Position numbers and translations under genes: made by a program. Shown in pieces: positions 1 through 10,527 of a stretch of DNA of 64,000 nucleotides (positions within the stretch are counted from its first letter, which is position 1; every line of letters starts with the position of its first letter). The DNA lies in assembly GCF_006345805.1 (NCBI RefSeq), contig NC_043015.1, positions 11,284,001 to 11,348,000 on the forward strand, given 5' to 3'. Origin of the DNA: Octopus sinensis. Taxonomy: Eukaryota. The notes beneath the pieces were generated by a model. That model did not search any database. It saw only the letters and a program-made list of their open reading frames with translations, and was not told the DNA's origin.

Positions 1-126
1 CGACTTTGCTTTTCATCCTTTCAGTGTCGATAAATTAAGTACCAGTTGTGTATGGGGTCGGGTCGATGTAATCGATTAGCTCCCTCTCTAATAATTTCTA
101 GCTTTGTGCTTAGAGTAGAAAAGAAT
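1..126 (+). mobile_element. SINE family 1, 3' part (cut by window edge)
   Basis: Same body as the full copies at 8350 and 37136 (gactttgc.tttcatccttt..gtcgataaattaagtaccagtt..ggggtcgatgtaatcga). Confidence 0.85.
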
Positions 127-141
127 ATGGGTGTCAGTTAC

Positions 142-348
142 GGGCGACGAGCTGGCAGAATCATTGCGCAACGATAAACAACGCTGAGCGGCATTTTCTC
201 CATGTTCTGTGTCCAACTTCTATCGAGGTCGACTTTACCCTTTATCTCTTTTGGAGTCGATTAAATAAGTACCAGTTGAATACTAAGTTCAATGCAATTG
301 ATTTAATCCCTTCCCCGACATTGCCGGCTTTATACCAAAATTTGAATC
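142..348 (+). mobile_element. SINE family 1, near full length
   Basis: Head ggcgacgagctggcagaatc, body gaggtcgacttt..gtcgattaaataagtaccagttg, tail ccaaaatttgaa. Confidence 0.85.
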
Positions 349-377
349 GAACATTTGTATTAGTTAGAATGACTACG

Positions 378-425
<48 letters not shown>

Positions 426-486
426 CGAACAGATAGACATGGTTAGTGAATATTTGAATTCATTATTTTTAACAGTATCGTTCGAA

Positions 487-660
487 CGTCACACAAAATG
501 CTTAGCAGCATTTATTCTGAGTCTTAACGTTCTGAGTTCAATCTCAGCAGACGCCAACTTTGATATGTTTTTGTTGTTGAAATTAGTACCAGTTGAACCC
601 AAGGTTCGATTTAATTGACTTATCATCTCCCATAACAACTGGCCTTCTGCCAAAATGAAG
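487..660 (+). mobile_element. SINE family 1, decayed
   Basis: aaaatgcttagc..cgttctgagttcaa..agtaccagttgaa motifs shared with the other copies. Confidence 0.7.
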
Positions 661-869
661 AAAATCTATTCCTTATTTATCAAAATAAAATGCTAAATAC
701 ACAAACGATAACAATAAAATGACTGAGGGTTTCCTTCTTTAATCCTTTTATTCCATGTTCTTCATCCTCACTGTCTATAAATGTCAAAGTAGCACCTGAT
801 CAATACTTTGAATATTAATTGAAATATATCTCTCAAAATAATATTTGAATATTACTTCAGGTATATCGC

Positions 870-1044
870 TCTAGGTTTAGAACAAGACCAAAATTTAGAG
901 GAAAAAGCTATTCGTTTACATCAAATGATACCTATTTTATTGTTTGCGAAGTGACGAAAAACAAAGTCGACTTCGGTAAAATTTGAAGCTAGACCGTAAA
1001 AAGTCGGAAGAAATGCCGCTAAGCACTCTGGCAGCTCAGCGCCT
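870..1044 (-). mobile_element. SINE family 1, decayed
   Basis: Reverse complement of the family body (aaagtcgacttcgg..aaatttgaa..gaaatgccgctaagca). Confidence 0.7.
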
Positions 1045-1060
1045 TTCTAGTCCTTAAAAT

Positions 1061-1272
1061 TAGTTTCAAATTGTTGCACAATACCAGCAATTCCGGAGGA
1101 GGGTGTAAGTTTATTGCATCAACCCCCAGTGCTCATTGGTCCTTGTATCCTCGACCCTGAAAGTATGAAAGTCAAAATCCACCCCCGTGGAACTTGAACT
1201 TAAGACGTAAAGACGGGCGAAATGCTGCTAAACAGTTTGTTCAGCGTGCCAAAAATCCTGACAGCTCGTCAC
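1061..1272 (-). mobile_element. SINE family 1
   Basis: Reverse complement: tttcaaatt..gcacaa..cccccagtgctca..tcgaccctgaaag..gaactta..acgtaaagacggg..gaaatgctgctaa. Confidence 0.8.
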
Positions 1273-2272
1273 TTTTTCTTGGTCCTTAATATTAGATAAT
1301 CATTAAATGCTCTGGTTCTGACGTGTTCTACATCCTCTTAGACAACTATTACTTTCGTGCGACAGTCAAATGGAACCTGCAATCGACTGTAGATTCCACA
1401 TTCCGGACAGTACAGCCATGCACATATACATATTCTAGAACGCATCAAAAGGAGCTCACCAGAGTTACTCTCGTGCAGTCGCTGGTCAATGAATGCGAGG
1501 CAGGGGTTATTTTGCTATCTTTAAAATTGTGATTTTTCCTCCTCAGTACGAACAACTTCCTTTCTCTCTCCCATTCACACCATTTAAATTAAAGGTCTTC
1601 GTCTCATCCTTCAAATTATCATTTTAAAATCTCTTTGCTATAAACTTTTCTCCCAGTGCATCCGCTGTAAGCTGTAAGCCTTCTGTAATATCCAATTAAA
1701 TGTGGTTTTGTGTTCTCCTGCATGCATCCACTTCTAAACCATTTGGCGCGTCAATCTTTCTAGACGTGAAAACATTTAAATCGGATAAAATAATAATCCG
1801 ATCATATCACCGACAAAACTACTACACGTATTTGAAATATGTTGAGAACTTTGCTTTGCAACCTCGACCACTTGGATTTGACATCACAGCGTTATATTTG
1901 AGTGAATGTTATATTCTTTATCTTCGCATCGGCTCATCCGTTAAGTGTAAACATTAGCAGACAGAGCCTGAAGAGAAGCACTTTGGATACACCTGTAAGC
2001 AAAAGTAGAAAGACTGCTTCTGGTTGAGAAAATGAAATATTCAAGCAGTTACTCAAAAACCACAATACTCTTCTTCGAAAACGACAGAGATACGTGCTGA
2101 TATATGCATGTTTGTGTGTGCATATACGTGTATATATACATGAACTCGTCTGCAGAGTGTTCTATGAGTTTATTCGGAAAACAATGGCCAATTTCAGAAA
2201 CATAATTTTATTCTGGTAAAATTAACAATAGAAATGTTTTGATTAGCCAAAGTACGAACCGTGAACATCTAT

Positions 2273-2351
2273 GCATATTGAGTGAATTGTACTTAACGAT
2301 TAAGTCCTCTGTTTATCAAGACATTTTCCTTTGTTATTTTACGTCTGAAAT
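2273..2351. repeat. 79-bp direct repeat, copy 1 (copy 2 at 4067-4145)
   Basis: gcatattgagtgaat(t/c)gtacttaacgattaagtcctctgtttatcaagacattttcctttgttatttta(c/t)gtctgaaat; 2 mismatches between copies. Confidence 0.9.
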
Positions 2352-3503
2352 CAACGAGATCATTTATCCCTCGTTGATAAACATTTATTGGCTTTGATGC
2401 TAAGAAATTTTTGGAAGCTGATTTCACCTCTGGTTTTGATCTGAAAGTTTTATCACTTAAAAACGTGTTTAAATGCTTTAAAAATGGTAGTCATTGGGTG
2501 AAAGGTCAGGAGAATATGAAGGGTGCAGTAAAGTCTCTTATCCCATATTCTCCGGATCTTTCACTTGCAAGTCTGTGAGTTTCTGCAGCGTCATGCTTGC
2601 AACATGTGGATTTACATTATCATGGAGTAGTACTGGACCACACCGATTCACCAATGCATGTTCATTGTTTTTAAGTGAGGTTGCATTTCAGCGAATTGAT
2701 TACAGTAAACGTCTGTTGTAAAGCTCTGATTGGCTTCCAGAAGGCTGTAATGGACAACACCAATAACAAACCACCAGACAGTCACCATTATCTTTTGCTG
2801 ATGCAACTTTGGCTCTGGGCAATGTTTGGGGGGACTCATCACGATCAAGCCTTTGACCTATCGTAAAGGAACCACTTTCCGTCACAAAAAGGATCATTGG
2901 TATTTCGCAGAAAGAGCATCGAGAACACTTTAAAACGCCGGACATTTTGATTTTCATCGAGCTCATGCAGTACCCATTTATCAAAACTTTTTCACCATAC
3001 CAATCTTCTGCAGATTGCCTGTGACCGTTTGCAATAGCGACACCGACTGCCCGAGACATTTCTCTGGCATTTTGACATGGTTTCTGTTCAACTATTGCTT
3101 TCAATTGTTCAATGTCAAGACTGCATTACCCTCCTCTGCCTTCTTCATCTTCAAGGTTCTCATCACCGCTACGGAATTTCTGAAACCACCTTCGTACTGT
3201 GCGATCACCTGTTGACCCCTCTCCCCATGCTCTGTTGATATTGTCAGCAGTTTGGAAGGCATTGTGTTCAAGCTTGAACTCATGCAAGAAAAGTAAGCGA
3301 AGGCCATTTTTTCTCATGTTCATAATTATGGGCGCCTATGCTTCAAGAATGTTTTCTGACTGAATTAAGTAGAAAATAAGTAAAGAGCATGCATCAATTA
3401 TTAAGTAAGTCGAAATGTATCTAAAGCATAATTAAAATACTATGATAAAATTGCGTTTCAAAAAACAACGCTTAGAACGGCCATTATTTTTGGAACAACC
3501 TAA
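2352..3503 (-). mobile_element. Mariner transposon (Hsmar1/cecropia-like), defective, one TIR lost
   Basis: Frameshifted transposase on the minus strand: MNMRKNGLRLLFLHEFK..RTVRRWFQKFRSGDENLEDEEGRG, WVLHEL, CDGKW, KLHQQKIMVTVWW, VLLHDNVNPH, HPSYSPDLSPNDYHF. TIR ttaggttgttccaaaaataatggccgtt ends at 3503, followed by TA. Subfamily assignment is from recalled similarity to Hsmar1. Confidence 0.92.
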
Positions 3504-3606
3504 TATCTAGTATCTGATAAATACAAAGAGATTGGCGATGAGTATTCCATTACTAACGCTTTTCATGTATTTTTGCATAATTCAAGCATCGTTATAAAAA
3601 TAATCG

Positions 3607-3795
3607 CAAATTTTTGCACAAGGCCAGAAATTTTGGGGGTGAGTGTAACTTTATTACATCGACACCAGTACTCAACTGGTACTTATTTTATCGACGCCGA
3701 AAGGATGACAGGCGAAGTCGATTTCAGCGTAAATTAAACTCAGAAAGTTAAGACCGACGAAATATCGCTAAGCATTTTTGCCAGGTCACCGCCTT
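3607..3795 (-). mobile_element. SINE family 1
   Basis: Reverse complement of the family body and head (ends ..tcaccgccttaa). Confidence 0.85.
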
Positions 3796-4066
3796 AAATG
3801 CGTTGAAATAACAATGGTAGTAGTGTACTCTGTATTGTAGCAAGCTTCTTTTCTTGAGAGTATAATATGTAAACCGGGAACTCCTGTCAGGAGAAACTTT
3901 TTATGTGGCATAACCTTGGATCTTCACCTTAAATGTGATCCTTATAGTAAATGTGGTGCCAGGTGGCAAACCAGGATACTCTGCATTGTATATTTTGAAA
4001 ATGACAATCAGCCAGATTAAGAAATGAAAAATTAATAGAGACAAATTTGGGGATCGGAAATAGGTA

Positions 4067-4145
4067 GCATATTGAGTGAATCGTACTTAACGATTAAGTC
4101 CTCTGTTTATCAAGACATTTTCCTTTGTTATTTTATGTCTGAAAT
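4067..4145. repeat. 79-bp direct repeat, copy 2
   Basis: 77/79 identical to 2273-2351. Confidence 0.9.
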
Positions 4146-4689
4146 TACTTGAGCTGATTCATACGATATATTTTTTCATCTTTCATTAGAAGCAACACTT
4201 CAAATGCAAAGCGAGCAAATGCACAACAGAAATTCAATTTAATCAGAATTTGTAATTAATTAAAATATAACTTGTAGGTAGTTACGATTTAACGTGCGAT
4301 AAAATGAATTTACAATCTGCCCACGACTTTCGCTTAAAGCAAATTCACTTCATTTTCGTGCGAAATTGCATTGTGTATTAAGATAACGTCATAAATTGCT
4401 TGGAAATGTGTGACAATGAGAGGAAGCTGGATGAGAAACGAAGGTTGTAAAGCACAGAGAGGTACATTTTAATGGTTAGAGAAAAAGGCTTATTGCGTGG
4501 CAACCGTGAAATAGAAAAAACCAACAGCAGATGCTAGAAAGAGCATCTAATTTGCATTACTAAAAACAAGTCGTTTTAGATAATGGAAGAGAACTTTAGT
4601 AATGTGTCTTAAGAAATATATTCAAGTGAATTACTTGCTTATGAGGAAGGATACACCATTAATCATAGTTTTGATTGATCAAGATTTTA

Positions 4690-4905
4690 CTCTCCTTTAC
4701 TCTTTTACTTGTTTCAGTCATTTGACTGTGGCCATGCTGGTGCACCACCTTTTTAGTCGAGCAAATCGACCCCAGGACTTAATCTTTGTAAGCCTAGTAC
4801 TTATTCTATCGGTCTCTTTTGCTGAACCGCTGAGTTACGGGGACGTAAACACACCAGCATCGGTTGTCAAGCGATGTTGGGGGGACAAATACAGACACAA
4901 TCATG
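4690..4905 (-). mobile_element. SINE family 2, 3' half
   Basis: Reverse complement of the 3' half of the full copy at 41864-42270 (ttttacttgtttcagtcatttgactgtggccatgctgg..). Confidence 0.88.
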
Positions 4906-6195
4906 TGTAAAGGTAAAGGAGAGGTAGAGGGGTTCTTTCGACAAGAGGGGTGCTTTGGCTACTTTAATATACGTCAGAAATGAATGAATATAGTGAATAG
5001 GGATAAATAAATATATTGTATAAGTTTCTCATCCTATATAACTGTGATATTTGCTGTCTCGTGTAAATAAACATATCAATGTATATATAATTAATATTAT
5101 GCAATATGGATGTACAATTGCTACACTAACAATCATAGCAATCTCAAAATCTTAACCATCCGTCGTACCGCATCTCTTGCAACATGTTTCGTACTCTCTC
5201 ATTCCATCACTTTTTTCTCCTTCTCTCCTCTCCTTCTTTTGCTTCCTTCTCTCTGTCTGTCTGTGTGTGTGTGTGTGTCTCTCTCTCTCTCTTTGTTGCT
5301 ATCTCCCCCTTTCTATCTCTCGCTTTCTTTCTCTCCTTGTCACGCTTTTGCTCTCTAATGCTCACATTCTCTGCATTTATCTCAATATCCATAAATTTTT
5401 TTCCAGCTGTATACCTTCCTCTTTCACACATTTCCCTCCGCTCACTCTCTTTCCGTTTTTAATTTCTGTATTTCTTTCTCTGGTAGTTTTCTGTTTTATA
5501 TTTGTTTTCTTTTTGCTCGGTAATCTATTTCCATTAAGCGTCGTCTGGGTTGGAATTTAATCTTGTTTATTCGTTAACAAATACATTTATTTCTTTATAT
5601 ATATATATTATCATGTTGCTTTTTCTTCTATTATTTTTTTACTTCAGATATTCGTATATGAAATGAATAGAAAGAAAAAGGGAAGAAATATCATTCGGTC
5701 GCGTCTCAATTGACATTAAGATTATATATCAATTGCCAATTATAATTCCACGAAAAACACATTATAGTAAATACAAATATAATTATAAAAGTACATAAAT
5801 ACATACATTAAAAAAACTTATTATGAATTTAAATTCTTAATAATAAAAATGGAACCTGTTGAGATTTCAAACGTGAAATGAAGATAACGGCTTTAATATA
5901 GAATGTTGTATTATTATAAATCATCAAAAGTTGTTTATATTATATTGAGCTCGGCTATTAAATTTTGTAATTTGTTTCTGCATTGGAATGTGATACGTTC
6001 CAATTGTAAATGTATCACTGGCTATGGGTGCACTCTATGATATATATGCATATGTGTGTGTGAGTGTGTGTGTACATAAATATATGAGGAGCACAACAAT
6101 TACGTTCTATTGTATATATAGGCGCGCGCATGTACAGACACAAACGTGTATTGCGTATAGAGTTATTTTATATACATGCATGTATATGTGAAAGT

Positions 6196-6525
6196 GCATG
6201 GCTCAGTGATTAGAGCGTTCAGCTTACGATCGGGAGGTTCTGAGTTCGATTTCCGGACCGGGCTGCGTGTTGTGTTTTTGAGCAAGACACTTTATTTCGC
6301 GTTGCCCCAGTTAACTCAGCTGTAGAAATGAGTTGCGACATCACTGGTGCCAAGCTGTATCGGCCCCTTTGCTTTTCCCTTGGATAACACCAGTGGTGTG
6401 GAGAGGGGAGGATGGTATGCATGGGCGACTGCTGGCCTTCCATAAACAACCTTGCCCGGACTTGTACCTCGGAGGGTAACTTTCTAGGTGCAATCCCATG
6501 GCCATTCATGACCAAAGGCGTTCTC
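6196..6525 (+). mobile_element. SINE family 3, tRNA-derived head with CORE-like centre
   Basis: A box tggctcagtgattag and B box gagttcgatttcc, then ttgagcaagacactt..cagctgtagaaatgag resembling the CORE-SINE domain (the CORE call is inference). Confidence 0.8.
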
Positions 6526-6947
6526 GATATATATGTGTTCATATATATACATATGTGTGTGTGTATGTATGTATGTATGCATGTATGTATATGTGTATGT
6601 GTGTGTGTGTATATATGTGTGTGTGTGTGTATGCATACTGTTCAAAAACGATAATCACAACCGTAGAATTTATGCAGAGACAAGATTTTAAAAAGCGCTA
6701 CATCTTCGTCCGCTATTGTGATGAACCTTGAAAGATAGGAATATGGAAAGCCATTAAGGAACTGGAGTTTTAGAGCAAGGGCTGGAAAGTACAATGGACG
6801 AGGCATAACATACTAACTCTGAATCACGCAGAAGTATAATATTCATCCCTCAATAACAAATTTCGTTAATATAAGGGAGGAGACAGTCTTTTCTCGACAA
6901 CACGTACAACAATTTGATAGAGCGAAATTTAAGCATACACTTTTATA

Positions 6948-7322
6948 ATTTTACTTGTTTCAGTAATTTTGACTGTGGCCATGCTGGAGCATCGCCTTTT
7001 GGTCGAAGAAATCGTCCCATGAACTTATTCTTTATAAGCCTGTTACTTATTCTATCGGTGTCTTTTCCCGAACTGCTAAGTTACTGGCACATAAACACAC
7101 CAACATTGGTTGTCAAGCGATGGTGGAGGGCCAAACACAGACACAAACACACAAATACACACGCACATATACGGCAGGCTTCTTTCAGTTTCCGTCTACC
7201 AAATCCACTCACAAGGCTTTGGTTGGAACGAAGACACTTGCAGAACGTGCCACTCAGTGGAACTGAACCCAGAACCATGTTTTTCGGAAGCAAGCTTCTT
7301 ACCAGACAGCCGTACCTGCGCC
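6948..7322 (-). mobile_element. SINE family 2, full length
   Basis: Colinear reverse complement of 41864-42270. Confidence 0.9.
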
Positions 7323-8349
7323 TATATTCACATATGTATATTTACTTTATGAAATTTCGAGCTTTAATGTCTGGATAATCTAATGTATATTCAATATCTG
7401 TTACCACCCTGTACTCATAAGCATCTTATCCCATCAATCTTAGGTACTTATTCTTAAATTTAAAACTACATGTTCATTATGCCCCTGTACAACAGTTTAT
7501 ATGATTTATAATATTTATGAAGTAATTACGTTGCAGGTGCAGATCCATTCTTATATAAATATGTACTCATATCCTTGCGCATGTCAATGCAAATGTACAT
7601 ATACACTTTTTACATAATCAATGTGTATAGATGTGTATATATGCATTTTTTTTTGTAGATAGATGAGTAGTATTTATTTTTTATTTAAATTCTTAGATAT
7701 ATGAACGCTGAAAAGGCAGATTACAGACTACACATGTATGTATGATATTTTTATGAGCATAAATGCATATTTTGTGTATAGATTTTTTTATGCCTTTGGA
7801 TCATATACTTATTAGCTTTACACAATAATCTACATCCGACACCAAAGCGTTGATATATTCTTTAATAAATTATGATTGCAAAGTATTATATGAATAAATA
7901 CATGTCGGGCAAAATTAAACATTAAAAAATGTTAAAAAAAAAGAAAGAAAAAGAAATGAAAAGAAAAAGAGAAAAAAAAAACTGTGCCTGGAAGGAACTC
8001 TTTAAGTTCTTAATAAATATCACAATGCATAGAACACTTGTAAATTGAGTGGCGAATCGAGAGAATTTTAATGAGTACTGATTATGTGGAAAAGAGTCTG
8101 TTTCATCCCAGTTCCAAGTTGCTGAAGAATGGAAACTAAACGTATATAGAAATGAAGATTTATGTACTTATTCATAGCAAAAGATGTAACTGCGACGCCA
8201 TCTATTCTAAAATGGATTTTAAAATGTTTAGCAATTGTAAATATGGCATTCTGTGAAGAATGGGAATAAGAACGTTTGGATATATGTGCACCATTCCTGC
8301 ATTTTGGTGTTGCTATTGTATTTGTTGCTGTTGATATTTAGACTCACGT

Positions 8350-8774
8350 AAGGCGGTGAACTGGCAGGATAGTTAGCACGCTGGGCGAAATGCGTAGCTG
8401 TATTTCGTGTGCCGTTACGTTCTGAGTTCAAATTCCGTATTTGAAAGGTCGATTTGCCTTTCATCCTTTCGGGGTCGATTAATTAAATACCAGTTACGCA
8501 CTGGGGTCGATATAATCGACTTAATCTGTTTGTCTGTCCTTGTTTGTCCTCTCTATGTTTAGCCCCTTGTGGGTAATAAAGAATTAAGGATCGTTAGCAC
8601 ACCTGGCAAAATGCTTAGCGGCATTTCGTCCGTGTTTCTGTTGTGGGTCAAATGGTACCGGGGTCAACTTTACCTTTCATCCTTTCGGGATATACCTGTT
8701 GAACACTGGGATCGAATCAATCGGCTTAACCCCTTCCTTTGAAACTGCTGCTGTCAAATTTTGGAGCCGATATT
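8350..8774 (+). mobile_element. SINE family 1 dimer (full copy 8350-8584 plus 5'-truncated copy 8589-8774)
   Basis: Head aaggcggtgaactggcag, B-box-like gagttcaaattcc and tail agccccttgtggg, immediately followed by a second body with a different tail. Confidence 0.88.
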
Positions 8775-9859
8775 TTACTCGGCAATCTTGTAATCGAGTA
8801 TACCCATGACAAATACATTGCACAAATAACCCCCAACGACCTATCCCTGATTTCTCAGACATATTGTATTGAGAACTACATGCTCTCATGTTCATGTCCC
8901 ATTTAAGGGCAGCACTTTGGTATAAAAGACATTTAGCTGATATTTTTATGTGTTGGAACTTGTAGTTTAAATTTACTGTAAAGAATAAAACCGTTTCATT
9001 TTCAATATCGTCTCCATCTTTCTGTTGATCTTTATGCATACAGTTTAAGTAAACTGTGGCAAGGAATTCAACATACAAAAATCTCACGTAACACTCATGC
9101 ATGGATGAGAACGAAATATTTAGGTTATAAACTATAGCTAATAATAACGGTTTCCTTTTTTTACAATACGTAAGGGTTTCTGGGTGTGCGTGTAGTTCAT
9201 TGAATGGGTCTAGGTATTTACCCGGTTCATATTTTTACCAACGACTCACGGGGTTGCTGAAATTTAGAAACGGATAAGTATTCCGGTCCATACAATGCTT
9301 CGGTAATTTCCGTTGCGTTGTGTAATGCTCACGATATTAACTTGTCAGATATATTTAGTTCATCGTGGCTCATATAGCTGACTATCTTCGTCACGCTAGT
9401 CGTAGCTTGTTATGTCATTTTATAACCAACACAGAAGTACTATACAGATGAGGTTGTTGTTTTTATTTTTCATAATGTACGCTTAGTAGCTTCTTTCTAA
9501 ACAAAGAACAGCGATGCTTCTTTGATGTTGCTACTGCATTTATTATCAAAGCGTAAAACAAGAAGAAGAAAAAAAAGAGATATTAAAATATGGCCACTAG
9601 TATTGGCAATTCAGTATATGATGCAGTGACTTGTTAGTGTCTCATATAAGACAAAACAACAAATACTATCAATAGAAGATTCCAGATAATGATATCAGGT
9701 GAGCAAGCAGCTAGTTTCATTGCCTCCTATACAATATGTTATAGTCATTTATTGCTTTATCGCAGACACACATAAAATGTATTTATTTATTATACGATAC
9801 TACCTTCATCTATTGTTTCTAACATTATACAGCAGATTGTTTTTATTTTGTCGACACAA

Positions 9860-10002
9860 GGAGACAGATATTACTGAAAATATATGTATTCGTGTAATCA
9901 TATCGTATATATGCATATCGGTATATATATATATCTTTAAACACACACGCGCGCATATATAAATATGCGTGTGTATATATGTACATGTATATATGTATGT
10001 AT

Positions 10003-10064
<62 letters not shown>

Positions 10065-10137
10065 CATCATTATAATTAGGGTTCAGCTACCTTTAAATGA
10101 TAAATTTTATCTTTTTATTATTAAATTAAAATTTTGC

Positions 10138-10194
<57 letters not shown>

Positions 10195-10310
10195 CATATA
10201 TATCCATATATATATTTACATATATATACAAACGTATATAAATATATATTACATATGTGTGAGTGTGTGAGAGAGAGAGTGTGTATGTGTTTTTGCGTGT
10301 TTATGTATGC

Positions 10311-10356
<46 letters not shown>

Positions 10357-10390
10357 TATATATCCTCATATGTACACACATACATACGAA
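9860..10390. repeat. Compound (TA)n/(TG)n microsatellite block
   Basis: Visible dinucleotide arrays; these account for the YIYI ORFs. Confidence 0.95.
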
Positions 10391-10527
10391 TATTCGTTTA
10401 AGCTACAAATTGTAGCATATTGTGATAATCTCTAACTGTGTATGGCGCTTAAGTTTATATTTTACGAACTAACTATTTGTCTACAAGTTGCATCCAGTCA
10501 TGGGATTCTCTAAGTAGTCGTACAATC

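Noticed and set aside
1330-1960. Possible ancient LINE RT (minus strand, PCLAFID-like)
   Set aside because: Only one weak motif, with no ordered RT domains.
8677-9102. 141-aa minus-strand ORF
   Set aside because: It runs into a SINE, shows no recognisable domain and has no coherent splice structure.
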